Positions 22,638 to 49,420 of a DNA stretch of 64,000 nt are shown here, piece by piece; position 1 is the first letter of the stretch; the number at the start of each line of letters is the position of its first letter. A model generated the notes under the pieces. The model had not been told where the DNA came from. It saw only the letters and a list, made by a program, of their open reading frames with translations, and did no database searches. Source of the DNA: the human T2T-CHM13v2.0 reference genome, Homo sapiens; assembly GCF_009914755.1 (NCBI RefSeq), contig NC_060944.1; one strand, written 5' to 3'. Both the position numbers and the translations under genes were made by a program.

Positions 22638-23242
22638 TGTTAGAAGCAAATTTTCAGTGCTGCAAAAGAAATAGCACTCGAACATAAATTTAATTTTCTC
22701 AGCAAGGCAATTTTACTTCTATAGAAGGGTGTGACTCGTGGATGGAGCAATGGTGAGAGCACACCTGAACAAGGGAGGGGAAGGGGTTTTTATTCCTGAT
22801 GCAGGTAGCCCCTACTGCTGTGTGGTTCCCCTGTTGACTAGGATTGGACCACACAGTCTAAGCTAATTCCGATTGGCTGTTTTAAAGAGAGCAGGGGTAC
22901 GAGTCGGAGTAGCGGAGTGAGTAGTTTGGCGGGAAGGACAGTTAGGAACAGGTGACTAAAGGTGACTCAGGTCAGTGCAGGTGACCAGGGGTGACTCAAG
23001 AAGGAGCAGGTGATCAGGGGAATAGATGTGAACTACTGATTAGAACTGGTGGAAAAGGTTGTTTACTGAAACTAGGGGCAAGGAGGCAAAGAGATTGAGA
23101 AAGTTAAACTTTAAAATGGAGAACAAAGAACAGGGGACCTGAATATACTCATACATTGGTTCCTTGGAGAGGATCTCAGAACTCATTGTACTTAACAATT
23201 TACAGGCTGAAACATTTGAAGAGGAATTTGTTATATCCTACG
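22638..23242 (-). mobile_element. LTR10A-like 3' LTR of a HERV-IP element
   Basis: U5 end homologous to the LTR10F ends in this window; preceded by PPT aaattgaaagggggaaat; TGACTCA at 22963 and 22992. Confidence 0.8.
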
Positions 23243-27791
<4,549 letters not shown>

Positions 27792-28334
27792 CCTTTAACC
27801 ATTGTTCCCTATTTCTCATTCAAACTTGGACATAACGGTATGTGAAAAAGAGCCTCTTGTGACTGTTACCTCTTTACAATGGAATGTTAAGCAACCCCTC
27901 AGAAAGTAGGGAGTAGCAAATCAAATCTTTGTAACTACATTTCAGCCTTTGCCGGTTGAAATGTCAGAGCCCCGGCATCAGAAAGTGGTCAACTCAAGGG
28001 CTGATAAGAAGAATTTACCAACAACAGTATAGGTTTGAAAAGTAAAGTTTTATTAGAAAGAAAGAACATTGCAGAAGAGTGCAGCGAGGTGCCTCAGCAA
28101 GAGGGGACTGAGAGAGCTGTGGTGGATATTCCTTAGGCGCATATATGAACCTTAAGGCAAAAGCTTGAGGGTAATTTGGAGCATACTAGCCACGTAGGTT
28201 ATGATAAATGGTTACATTTGTAGTTATTTTGGTGCCTTAATGTCAGCAAGGATTGCACAGTGAGTTTCGCATAGAAATTCTGGTTACTACAAAATTTTTG
28301 AAAGACACCTGGAACCAGATGCCAACTTTAGATA

Positions 28335-28769
28335 TGTCGATGAAGAGTCAAACTCTGTAAAATATTTGAAGAGATTTATTTTGGGCGAAATACGAGTGAC
28401 CATGGCCCATGACACAGCACTTAGGAGATCCTGAGAACATGTGCCCAAGGTGGTTCGGGCGCAGCTTGGTTTTATACATTTTAGAGAGGCACGAGGCATC
28501 AATCAAATACATTTAAGAAACACATTGGTTTGGTCCAGAAAGGTGGGACAACTCAAAGTGGGAACTTCCAGACTATAGGTAAATTTAAACATTTTCTGGT
28601 TGACAATTGGTTGAATTTGTCTAAAGACCTGGGATCAATAGGAGGGAAATGTTTAGGTTAAGATAAAACATTGTGGAGACCAAGGTTCTTTTGAAGTCTT
28701 ATAGTGGCTGTCCTTAGAGACAATAGATGACAAATGTTTCCTATTCAGACTTTTAAAAGCTGCTAGACT

Positions 28770-28815
<46 letters not shown>

Positions 28816-29145
28816 TGCCAGACTCTTAGTTAATCTCAGAGGGCCTGGAAGAAAAAGATCTAGCTATATTAATAGAGATTATTTACAGATGCAGATTTCC
28901 CCCCACAAAGGACAGCTTTGCAGGGCCATTTCAAGATATGGCAAAGAAACATGTTTTTGGGTAAAATATTTTTGCTTTCTTCTTTGTCACATAATGTTAT
29001 GCCAGAGTCAGATTGGAAAGCAAGTCAGATATATAGGTTTAAATAAAACCCATCTGATGAGAATTTATGGTTTGTAGGGCATGACTCCCCAGACCCCTTA
29101 GATAGGAATTTCAGCAAAATAAAAAGATCAGAGCTTAGTCCTCAT
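28335..29145 (-). mobile_element. MER4E-like solo LTR
   Basis: aaactctgtaaaatatttgaagagatttatt...cagagcttagtcctca; homologous to 41689-42811. Confidence 0.75.
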
Positions 29146-29149
29146 AATC

Positions 29150-29320
29150 AAGAAATAACCATAAAAATGGGCAACCCTATGGAGTAGCCATTCTTTTATT
29201 CCTTTACTTTACTAATAAATTTTCTTTTGCTTTGCACTGTGAACTTGCCCTGGATTCTTTCTTGTGTGAGATCCAAGAACCCTCTTGTGGGGTCTGGATT
29301 GGGACCCCTTTCCGGTAACG
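29150..29320 (+). mobile_element. MER41 LTR 3' fragment
   Basis: ctatggagtagccattcttttattcc...cccctttccggtaac; homologous to the end of 51579-52226. Confidence 0.7.
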
Positions 29321-30209
29321 ATTATACTTCTAAATTCCTCAGATAAGGAGTTTTTGTCTCGGGCTGCTTCAGGGTCACCAGGTGATTTTTGCTCTCCTCA
29401 CCCCTTTGTTCAGCTTCTCTGTTTTTGCCTATGTACACAACTCTCAGATTTGGCCACTGGGGAGAGCAAAGTTATACCTGGTGACCATCAAGCAGACCAT
29501 TCAGAGACAAAACTCCTTATCAGAACTCCTTATTCAGAAGCAATTAGACTTCCCTATTATCTAAAGCAGGCATCTCATTCCAGGCTTCTTTCCCCCAAAT
29601 TTATAAGTAACTAGAATTTCTATGCATCTCTGGAATGCATGCATATCAAAACTCACGGTGCTGAAAATTTGCATCTGTAAAGAATCTCTATTAACATAGC
29701 TGGATCTTTTTCTTCCAGGCCCTCCCAATCCTGAAGAGATTAACTAAGAGTCTAACACCTTTTGATGGTCTGAATAGGAAACATTTGCCATCTGTTGTCT
29801 CTAAGGGCAGCGAACATAAGACTTCAAAAGAACCTTGGTCTCCACAATCTTTTATCATAACCTGAACATGAGTCTCTTGCTGATATTAAGGCATTGAAAC
29901 CACCTTTGCAAAATTATTACAGACAGCATCATTGCAGGAATCCAGGACACTGGAGTAGAGGATGTTCCATACCTTTGGGTTACAAGCCACCCCCAGGACC
30001 TTGTCCTCATTGCAAACAAGAGGGTCATTGTGATATGGAAGGGGGGCAGGGGAGTGCTGGGTACAGAAATGCAGGGTTCCTGGTGAGGGCTCCACCCTTG
30101 GGCCTGTGCCCACAGACCTAAGTAAGAACAGGCACTCCTGTTTTCATGCCTGAATGTTGTATTTTCCAAGACCACTCTGGCCCACCACATCCCCTTCCTG
30201 TGTCCATAT

Positions 30210-30719
30210 TGTTAAATATGAATTCTAAATTTCTCTTCAAAGAATTAATATGTCAGTATGTTCAATTCTTTGACTTCTGCTTTTAAATTTAACTTCCTCG
30301 TAAAGCAACCTTTTTCGATTACCTGCTCCACCCTGACTCATTCCGATTACCTGCTCCACCCTGACTCTTGCAGGTTACTTGCCACCTGCTCCACCCTGAC
30401 TAATTATTCTCCACCCTGCATAACCATTTTTTTTTCCCGCCAAAGCACTCATCCTGTCACACTCTTTAAATCTGCCAATTGGAATTAGTTTAGCCTGTGC
30501 AGTCTAACCCTAGCCAATAGGGGAACGACACAGCAGCAGGAGCCTTGTGCATTAGGGATAAGAACCCCTTTCCCTCCCTTGTCCAGGTGTACACTCACCA
30601 TTGCTCTACCTGTGAGGGTGCACCCTTCTATAGAAGTACCTTGCCTTGCTGAGAATTAAAAAGAAAATTTTACATTCGAGTGCTATTTCTTTTGCGGCAC
30701 TGAAACTTTATATGTAACA
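30210..30719 (+). mobile_element. 5' LTR10F of HERV-IP10F provirus
   Basis: TGTTAAATATG...TAACA; ~28-bp internal repeat; direct repeat of 38802-39330. Confidence 0.93.
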
Positions 30720-30722
30720 ATT

Positions 30723-30740
30723 TGGGGGCTCGCCCTGATT
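30723..30740 (+). promoter_or_regulatory. Primer binding site, tRNA-Pro type (degenerate)
   Basis: TGGGGGCTCGCCCTGATT versus the Pro PBS TGGGGGCTCGTCCGGGAT, 3 nt after the LTR. Confidence 0.85.
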
Positions 30741-31222
30741 ACATTTCCCTCTGGGGCAGTCTCTGGTTCTCTCTTGTGAGGAGCGCTCCGCCCCCTGTGG
30801 CGGCCTCAGCCGGGAGAAATCAGAACCCACCCAGTGCGAGGAACAACCCGAGCTGTCAGCAACAGGGGGGAAGAAAACTGGCCGGCAACCTAGCTTAAAG
30901 AATCCTCACATACTGCAGCGACGACTCTGCGCACAGAGCAAGGAAGGAGAAGCCGCGGGAGCTGGTAAAGTATTTCCTTGGTGGTCGGGACCAAGGTAAG
31001 AAAGCCACGGGGGTGGTGGGCGGTGAAGTACTCCTTGGTCAGGGTGGCTTAGAGGTTAAAAAGAGGTGAGACATCCCCATTGGCGGAGATTGAACCTCAC
31101 ACAAACCTCCAGTAGTAGAAAAGGCAAGAAATTTCCAGTGGGGAAATTGAGCCTCACCCCAAAAGGTAAGAAATTTCCAGTAAGGGAAAGTGAACCTTGA
31201 ACCTTACCCCAAAACCATCAAG

Positions 31223-32959
31223 ATGGGAAATATCCCAAGCAAGACAGGGAGCAAGGGGGATAAACATGGTAACAAAGGTATCCCCCCGGATGGCCCCCTA
31301 GGTCTCATGCTAAAGCACTGGAAGGATAATGAAAGGATACACATAGGAAAAAGCAACAAATGGTAAAATATTGCTGTTTTATTTGGAGTCAGGGACCCAT
31401 CCTCAGTCCCTCAATCTTCTGGTCAAAGTTTGGGTCAAATGAGAATGTAATGTGTCAGCTTCTAATCCGATACGTTAATGATAAAAGTCCAGTGTCTCAA
31501 GAAGAACTAGGCTATGCCCTTTGTTGGAGGCAAGGACCTGCCCTCCTATTTCTCTTAAAAATAAATAGGGAAGAACCCAATCTGGCACCTCAAAATGAAA
31601 AGTCAGAGGAGCCAGCTCTCATGCCTAAAGACTCCAGTGCTGCATGGTATCCCCTAGACCATCTTCCCCCACTCAGTGTCCCCAAACTTTCCCCTCAGAC
31701 AGCCACTGCCACCTCAGATCACCACTGCCACCTCAGATCCTGTTCCAAATTCCCCCTCTACTCACGCTATCCCTCCTCCTTATAACCCTGACTGTTGGGA
31801 ATTACCGTCCCACCAGCCTGTTCTCTCCCAACCTAAAGACCCCTCTCTAAAAAGACTCCAGCGTGAGGTAGAACAATGTAAAAAAGATATTCAGAATTTC
31901 CTATTTCCCTCCGTACCTAAGAGGTCAGCCCCTACCCTCTTCCCTTTGAAAGAGGTACCACAAGTTGGGGGCGGGGGGGGGGCATTGACTTTGTAAATGC
32001 TCCCTTAATCAGTTCAGAAGTCCAGAATTTTACAAAGGAGCTTAAACTGCTGCTGGACGACCCTTACAGAGTGGCAGACCAAATTGACGAATTCTTAGAA
32101 CCTCAGTTATACACTTGGGTCAAGTTAATGTCCATCTTGGGCATCCTCTTTTCAGGGTAAGAAAGGAGTATGATTCTTAGGTCTGCTATGGTAGTTTGGG
32201 AATGTGAGCACCCTCCCAATGAAAACGTTCCTACCACGGACCAGAAATTCCCCGCCCAGGACCCCCCATGGGAAAATAACAATGCAGATCACCGGGAAAA
32301 TATGCAGGACCTAAGGGAGATAATAAAAGGAATTCAGGAATCAGTACCCTGAACCCAAAATCTTTCTAAAGCATTTGATATACAACAGGAAAAAGATGAA
32401 GGGCCTATGAGATTCCTAGACAGACTGAGGGAGCAAATGAGGCAATATGCAGGCCTCAATTTGGATGATCCCCTTGGGCAAGGAATGTTGAAACTCCAAT
32501 TTTTCACTAAAAGTTGGCCAGACATTTGAAAAAAAAAGTTACAAAAGATAGACAATTGGGAAGACCATCCCTTAAGTGAGCTTCTCAGGGAAGCTCAGAA
32601 AGTGTATGTGAAAAGGGACAAAGTAAAACGAAACAAAAGACAAAACTTATGTTTTTCACCTTCCAACAGATGGCTCCAAACCCAGGTACTTCTAGATAGA
32701 GTTTCCAGGGAGCCAGAAACTATAAAGGGTCCGAATCCTCTTTTAAAGAACCCCAGCCTCCATCTGGAGGACCAGGGTCCTTGTCTACCAAGCCCCCTAA
32801 AGAGTATGGGGGAGAAGGGTTAAAGAATCCCAGAACTAAGGGGAGGAAGGACAAAATAGGTGCTATAGATGTGGAAGAGCAGACCACTTCAGGAGAGGAT
32901 GTTCTGAACTAAGAAAGGAGAAAGAAGCCCTTTCACTCATGACTTTCAAGGAAGAATAG
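31223..32959 (+). pseudogene. HERV-IP10F gag, disrupted
   Basis: MGNIPSK myristoylation start, PPPY late domain near 31772, MHR-like QQEKDEGP, CYRCGRADHFRRGC knuckle, TAG readthrough stop; several stops and frameshifts. Confidence 0.9.
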
Positions 32960-35900
32960 CGGGGTCAGGGGCTCTGTCTCTTTTATCTTGAGTCCCACCA
33001 GGAGCCCTTGATAAATTTGGGGGTGGGACCTAAACATGAGCTTATCACCTTTTTAGTTGATTCGGGGGCTGCTCGCTCCTCTGTTTCCCCCCATCTAATG
33101 TTGTCTCCTTCTTAGAGGAACTTTTAGTCTCCAGGGTAAAAGGTGTAGGATTAAGAGCAAAAATTTTAGAAAGCACTGAAGTTAGATACCAGGATCGCTC
33201 AGCTTATATTCAGTTCTTGTTTATCCCTGAAGCAGGAACTAATTTACTGGGGAGGAATTTAATGTTAAAGTTGGGCATAGGTCTACAAGTCAGCCCAAGA
33301 GGATTCCTCACCTCATTAAACCTACTCACCACCGCAGATGAAAAATATATTAATCCTCATGTCTTGACCAAAGAAGGAAACCAAGGGAAACTCTAAGTCC
33401 CTCCGATCCACATCAAGCTAAAAAACCCAGGGGAAGTAGTAAGAAGGAAGCAATACCCTATTCCCCTAGAAGGTAGGATAGTGTTGAAACCTATAATTGA
33501 AGGCCTTATTTAGGATGGGCTTCTTGAGCCCTGTATGTCTCCTTATAACATCCCAATCAAGAATCAAGAAATCAAGACTGCTACCAGCCAGTCAAGAAAT
33601 TAGATGGGTCATACCAGCTAGTACAGGACCTTAGAGCTATCAACCAAATAGTCCAGAGTACCCACCCTGTTGTCACCAATCCTTACACCATTCTTAGCAA
33701 GATTCCATATAATCATCAATGGTTTACTATAATAAATTTGAAGGATGCTTTTTGGGCATGTCCCCTGGCTGAAGATAGCTGAGATATATTTGCTTTTGAG
33801 TGGGAGGATCCATACTCAGGGTGGAAACAACAATATCGATGGACCGTCTTGCCCCAAGGGTTCACAGACTCCCCTAAACTTTTTGGCCAAATTTTAGAAG
33901 AAGTACTAGAAAAAGTTGTCATCCCAGAACAAATATGCCTTCTTCAGTACCTGGATGACATTCTTATATCTGGTGAAGATCTAGAGAAGGTAACTGACTT
34001 CTCTACACATATTCTTAACCATCTGCAGTTTGAGGGGCTATGAGTCTCAAAAAGAAAGCTTCAGTATGTAGAGCCTGAAGTTAAATATTTAGGCCACTTA
34101 ATAAGTGTAGGCAAGCGAATAATAGGGCCTGAATGAATTGAAGGAATCGTGTCCCTACCCTTGCCTCAAACTAAACAAGAACTCAGGAAATTTTTAGGGT
34201 CAGTCAGACACTGTCGCTAATGGATTGACTCATATACACTGCCCCGTAAACTGTTCTATCAAAAACTTGCCCAGGAGAGCCTAACCGTCTCCTGTGGACT
34301 TCTGAGGAAGTTGATCAAATCGAGAGGTTGGAGGAAAGGCTCATAACTGCCCCTGTTTTAGGCTTACCCTCCCTAGAAAAGCCATTCCACCTTTTTGCTA
34401 ATGTGGACAGTAGGGTACCTTCGGGAGTGCTGACTCAAGAACACAGAGGCCGCCAGCAGCCCGTAGCCTTCCCATCAAAGGTCTTAGACCCAGTCACTTG
34501 TGGATGGCCTCAACGCATCCAGTCCATCGCTGCTATGGCAATACTAGGTGAGGAAAGCAGAAAATTAACCTTCGGAGGAAAATTGACATTAAACACGCCT
34601 CACCAAGTTAGAACTATCTTAAACCAGAGAGCAGTGAGATGGCTTACTGACTTGAGAATCTTAAAGTGTGAGGCCATTCTGTTAGAAAAGGATGATTTAA
34701 CATTGACCACTGATAATTCACTCAACCCAGCAGGTTTCCTAACAGGGAATCCACATCTAAGGAGGGAACACACATGTTTAGATTTAATTGATTACCATAC
34801 AAAGGTTTGACCAGACCTGGGAGAAACCCCCTTCTGGACTGGACGGCACTTACTCATAGATGGTTCCTCCCAGGTGATTGAGGGAAAAAGACACAATGGG
34901 TATTCAGTGATTGTTGGAGAAACTCTTGTAGAAATAAAGTCAGGAAAATTGCCCAACAGTTGATCTGCTCAAACGTGTGAGCTGTTTGCACTCAGCCAAG
35001 CCTTAAAGTACTTACAGAACCACATCTATACAGATTCCAGGTATGCCTTTGGAGTGGCCCATACATTTGGGAAAATTTGGACTGAACGAGGTCTCATTAA
35101 TAGTAAAGGTCAAGACCTTGTTCACAAGGAGCTGTTCACCCAAGCATTGAATAATCTTCAGTTGCCGGAAGAAATAGCTATTGTCCATGTTCCCGGACAC
35201 CAGAAAAGCCTTTCTTTTGAAAGTTGAGGAAATAACCTAGCAGATCAGGTAGCCAAGCAGGCTGCTGTGTCTTCTGAAATGCGTGTTTTTCACTTAACTC
35301 CCTACCTCCCTCCTCCTACCATAATCCCCATTTTCTCTTCCACCGAAAAAGAGAAACTAATAAAAATAGGTGCTAAAGAGAATTCAGAAGGAAAGTAGAT
35401 ACTGCCAGACCAGAGAGAAATGTTGTCTAAACCCTTTATGAGGGAAGTCGTATCCCAACTACATCAGGGGACCCATTTTGGGCCCCAGGCCATGTGTGAC
35501 GCAGTTCTCAGAGTTTATGGTTGTATAGGAATTTATACCCTGGCAAAACAGGTTACAGATAGTTGCTTAGTATGTAAGAAAACTAATAGACATACTATAA
35601 AATGATTACCTCTCAGGGGAAGGAATCCAGGCTAAAGGCCATTCCAAAGTATCTAAGTTGATTACACAGAAATGCCTCTGATAGATCATCTAAAATATTT
35701 ACTAGTGATAGTAGGCCACCTCACTCCCTGGGTCGAAGCTATCCCCTTTTCAAATGCAACAGCCAGTAATGTAGTTGAGGCCCTAATTGAAAATATAGTA
35801 CCCAGGTTTCGACTAACGGAAAATACTGACTCAGACAATGGAACTCATTTCACCACACACATTATTAAAAAGCTATTCCAAAATATTAGACATTAGATGG

Positions 35901-36419
35901 GAACACCATACTCCCTGGCACCCACCCTCATCAGGGAGAGTAGAAAGAATGAATTAGACTCTAAAGAACCACTTAACCAAATTAGTCTTACAGACTTGGT
36001 TGCCATGGACCAAGTATCTTCCTATCACCCTGCTGAGAATTTGAACTGCACCATGGAAAGACATTGGTCTTTCTCCTTATGAGATGCTCTATGGATTACC
36101 TTATTTGCACTCCACTGTTGATATTCCTACCTTTGAAACAAATGATCAATTCCTTAAAAATTATATACTTGGTCTATGTTCTACTTTCTCCTCTCTTAAA
36201 ACTAAAGGTCTATTAGCACAGGCACCACCCTTGGAGTTCCTGGTGCATCAACATTAGCCTGGGGATCACGTCCTCATCAAGAGCTGGAAAGAGGAGAAGC
36301 TTGAGCCAGCCTGGGAAGGTCCTTACTTGGTGCTCCTAACTACTGAAACCGCAGTCCGCACAGCAGAGAGAGGATGGACTCACCACACCCAAGTCAAGAA
36401 AGCACCGCCCCCTCCAGAG

Positions 36420-38800
<2,381 letters not shown>

Positions 38801-38801
38801 T

Positions 38802-39330
38802 TGTTAAATATGAATTCTAAATTTCTCTTCAAAGAATTAGTATGTCTGTATGTTCAATTCTTTGCCTTCTACTTTTAAACTTAATTTCCTCATAAAGCAA
38901 CCTTTTTCGATTACCTGCTCCACCCTGACTCACTCCGATTACCTGCTCCACCCTGACTCACTCCGATTACCTGCTCCACCCTGACTCATTCCGATTACCT
39001 GCTCCACCCTGACTCATTATTCTCTGCCCTGCATAACCATTATTTTCCCGCCAAAGCACTCACCCCATCACTCTCTTTAAATTAGCCAATCAGAATTAGT
39101 TTAGCCTGTGTGGTCTAACCCTAGCCAATAGGGGAATGACATAGCAGCAGGGGCCACATCCTTCAGGGATAAGAACCCCTTTCCTTCCCTTGTCCAGATG
39201 TGCGCTCACCATTGCTCCATCTGTGAGGTTGCACCCTTTTATAGAAGTACCTTGCCTTGCTGAGAATTGAACAGAAAATTTTATATTCGAGTGCTATTTA
39301 TTTTGAGGCACAGAAACTTTATATATAACA
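38802..39330 (+). mobile_element. 3' LTR10F with four TGACTCA AP-1 sites
   Basis: Direct repeat of the 5' LTR, roughly 10% diverged by eye; TSD ATAT at 30206-30209 and 39331-39334. Confidence 0.93.
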
Positions 39331-39941
39331 ATATAAACCCGAGACCTTGGCGGGCACACACACAAGCAGCTGAATGTCAAGAGGAGTGGAGGAACGGAGT
39401 GGCAGAGAATGGCAGAGAGCGCTGGAGAGTGGCAGAGCAGCATGGCAGAGAGGGAGGGAAGAGGCGTCTGAACTTTGGAAGACACCTCCACTCCTCAATA
39501 AAGTCTCCGCATGTATCACTTTTCAAACAGTTCATGTGACCTGATTAATCCAGGATGCCAGACAAGAATCTGGGGAAGTTAACATTCAGGCATCCCTGGA
39601 TGGCAAGGCTAAAGGAGCACACTGTAACATATGCCCACTTGGGCTCCAGCACCTGTCCATCTGTGTGTTCCCCCTTCCCTCAGGGGTTTGAGCAGTGGGG
39701 TGACCAAACAGACGAGCCACACCCCCTGTTGCATGTCCTGCAAGGAGAATCAGGGAACTCTCCTGTTTCAGTTGGAAGAGCAAGTGTCCCTCTCTCTCTC
39801 GTGGTGGGGAGACATCTCTTCCTTCTGGGCTGTCACAGCCCCAACCTCACCAACCTACCTGACAAGGGAGTCCGGCAGAACAAGGGCAAGGGCAGGGAGA
39901 AGCACCTCTAACTCTATTCCTGGATAATAATCAAGTCTCTA

Positions 39942-40282
<341 letters not shown>

Positions 40283-40672
40283 TCATCCTCTAGGGCTTTG
40301 AGGCCGTTCAAGCCCCTATTTTTTCCATCTCTGTGGATGAGCCTCTGTTAAATCTGATTGTGGCTGAACAAGAGATAATGTTCCTAATAGATACAGGGAC
40401 CAGTTATTCAGCTTTAAGTGTTTATTACAGCCCAATGTGCTAGTCCTCCATTTCATTACGGGTATTGATAAACTTCAGTGAGGCTGTTTCACACTGCCAC
40501 TCCCTTATAAAATGAAAGGCTATTCCTTTACGCACTCTTCAGTCCTGCCAAGCTGCCCTGTTTCTTTATTAGGTCACAATTTGCTCACAAAATTACAAGC
40601 GAATTTACAGTTAAGACCTCACATTCTAGCTGTAATTAACTCACACTTCACCAAAAAAGTTGCTGCAGTCTA

Positions 40673-40996
<324 letters not shown>

Positions 40997-41688
40997 TTGT
41001 TCTTTTGTTTGCTTTTCTTTCACCCTGATTCCTCCTTCCCCCTTTGCCGTCTTCAGTACCAAGCTACAAAGCTAGGGGTGGCTGAGGACAGTAAACAGAG
41101 TGTGGTCTTAGCTGGTTTTTTCCCTCCTGGGAAGTTGTTGTTTAGGATCCTAATTCTAGTTCAGAGGTGCATTCTAAATAGTCTTCTCCATTGCCTTTCC
41201 CCCCAAAATTAATCTCACACGTTGGCTTGTGTGTGCATTCACGTGAGGAACTGAACTGTCATTTTCATAGATAAATAAGAGACTGAGTTTCCTTAGCTCC
41301 AAAGAGAAAGGGCATTTTGCTCCTCCCAGCAGAAAGGTACCCGAGTGACTGGGGGGCCTTGCGGGAGTGTTGGGGGGTTGAGCCCCCAGCGACATGAAGT
41401 GATTCTGCAGGGAACTCACAACAAAATTAGTTTTAAAAAGGCTCGTCCAGGAAGCACATATAGGAACTGGTCACTCTGAGTTTTGAGCCCTCTTGGAGGT
41501 GCTAGACCTCCGGAGAAAACACTGAGACACCTAAGAGGGTGGTGGCAAGGATTCAGTGGTGACACACTGTGGAGTCTCATCTGCAACCATTACACTTTGA
41601 CCTACTCCACAAAAACCCTAGGCCACAGCTCAGTTACTCCTTAAAAGAAAGTGGGAAACAAATAATCTAAGAATAAGGAAAAACAAGG

Positions 41689-42811
41689 TGTTGACGAAAA
41701 GAGTTAAACTGTGTAAAATAGTTGAAGATATTTATTCAGAGCCAAATATGAGTGACTATGGCCTGTGACATAGCCCTTAGGAGGTCCTGAGAACACGTGC
41801 CTAAGGTGGTCGGGGCTCAGCTTGGTTTTGTATATTTTAGGAAGGCATGAGACATCAATCAAATACATTTAAGAAACACATTGGTTTGATTCAGAAAGGT
41901 GGGACAATTCAAAGCAGGGGTCAGGGTGAGGGTGGCTTCCAGGCTATAGGCTATAGGTAAATCGGTAAATTTAAACTTTTTGTTTTGTTTTGTTTTTTTG
42001 TTTTGAGACAGAGACTCACTCTTCCACCCAGGCTGGAGTGAAGTGGCACAATCTCAACTCACTGCAACCTCCGCCCCCACAGGTTTCAAGTAATTCTCCT
42101 GCCTCAGCCTCCTGAGTAGCTGGGATTACAGGCACCCACCACCACGCCTGGCTAATTTTTGTATTTTTAGTAGAGGCAGGGTTTCCCCATGTTGGCCAGA
42201 GTGATCTTGAACTCCTGACTTCAGGTGATCCACCAGCCTCGGCCTCCCAAAGTGCTAGGATTATGGGTGTGAGCCACCTTGCCTGGTCTAAATTTAAACA
42301 TTTTCTGATTGACAATTGGTTGAGTTTGTCTAAAGACCCGGGATCAATAGAAAGTAAATGTTTAGGTTAAGATAAAAGACTGTGGAGTCCAGGGTTCTTT
42401 TGAGGTCTTATATTGGCTGCCCTTAGAGACAATAGGTGACAAATGTTTCTTATTCAGACCTTTGAAAATGTGCTAGACTATTAGTTAATCTCTTCAGGAT
42501 TGGGAGGGCCTAAAATAAAAAGATCTAGCTATGCTAATAGAGATTCTTTACAGTTGCAAATTTTCCCCCACAAAGTACAGTTTGGCAGGACCATTTCAAA
42601 ATATGGCAAAGAAACATGTTTTGGGGTAAAACAATTGACTTTCTTCTTGGTCATGTAATGTTATGCCAGAGTCAAATTGGAAAGTAGTCATCATATATAA
42701 TGTTAAATAAAATCCATCTGATGAGAATTTATGATTTGTAGGGCATGACTCCCCAGACCCCTTAGATAGGAATTTAGGCAAGATAGAAAAAATCAGAGCT
42801 TAGTCTTCTCA
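41689..42811 (-). mobile_element. MER4E-like LTR with an Alu at ~41977-42288
   Basis: Homologous to 28335-29145. Confidence 0.75.
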
Positions 42812-48195
<5,384 letters not shown>

Positions 48196-48815
48196 TGTGA
48201 AAGGAAAATAAACTTGGGACCCTCAAATCACTAAGCCAAAACGAAAAGTCAAGCTGGGAACGACATCGGGCAAACCTGCCTCCCATTCTAATGGGATAGC
48301 TAAATAAGATAGCTACAAAGATTTTAAAAAGCTACATACCTCCCTCACAATTTTCCCACAAGGAAATTCCCTGTGTACCTAGAACAGACAGAACTCAAAG
48401 TCATCCCTCTGCTCATGGGAGACAAATGCACATCTGATGGCTTCCTTTGCCCTATTGTTTCGCTAAGCCAGACTAAGGCATAAGTGACTATTCCTGCAAG
48501 TTGCATATTCAGTGGAGGGCTAATCAGAAACTCAAAAGAATGTAACAATTTGTCCTTTATCTACCTATGACCTGGAAAACCCCTCCCCACTTCAGGTTGT
48601 CTCACCTTTCTGGATGGAATTGATGTACATCTTACGTATTTGCTGACTGATGTCTCATGTCTCCCTAAAATGTATAAAACCTAGCTGTGCCCCAACTACC
48701 TTGGGCACATGTTATCAGGACCTCCTATGGCTGTGTCACTGGTGTGTCCTTGACCTTGGTAGAATAAATTTTCTAAATTGATTGAGACTTGTCTCAGATA
48801 ACTCTTGATTTGCAG
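48196..48815 (+). mobile_element. MER4 (B/D-like) 3' LTR
   Basis: TGTGAAAGGAAAATAAACTTGGGACCC start; tgtataaaacc TATA; AATAAA near 48763. Confidence 0.75.
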
Positions 48816-49075
48816 TAAGTAGCATTTCTAAACATCTCTGGAATGCATGCATATTGAAACTCATTATGCAACCCTTGCTGACATCAAGGCAGGAAAATGT
48901 CTACAAATGTAATCATTTAGCGTGACCTATGTGGCTAATGTGGTCCAAATTATCCTTAAGCTCCTGCTTTAAGGTGCATAAATGCCCCTGAGGAAAAATC
49001 CACCTTGGCACTCTCCATCCTATCTTGCTGAGATTCTCGCCTGCACTCTTCTACAGAGTTCTTTCTTTCTAATAA

Positions 49076-49420
<345 letters not shown>

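Noticed and set aside
31702-31739. 19-bp tandem duplication in gag, and aatcaag triplication near 33555
   Set aside because: Ordinary slippage mutations in a dead provirus.
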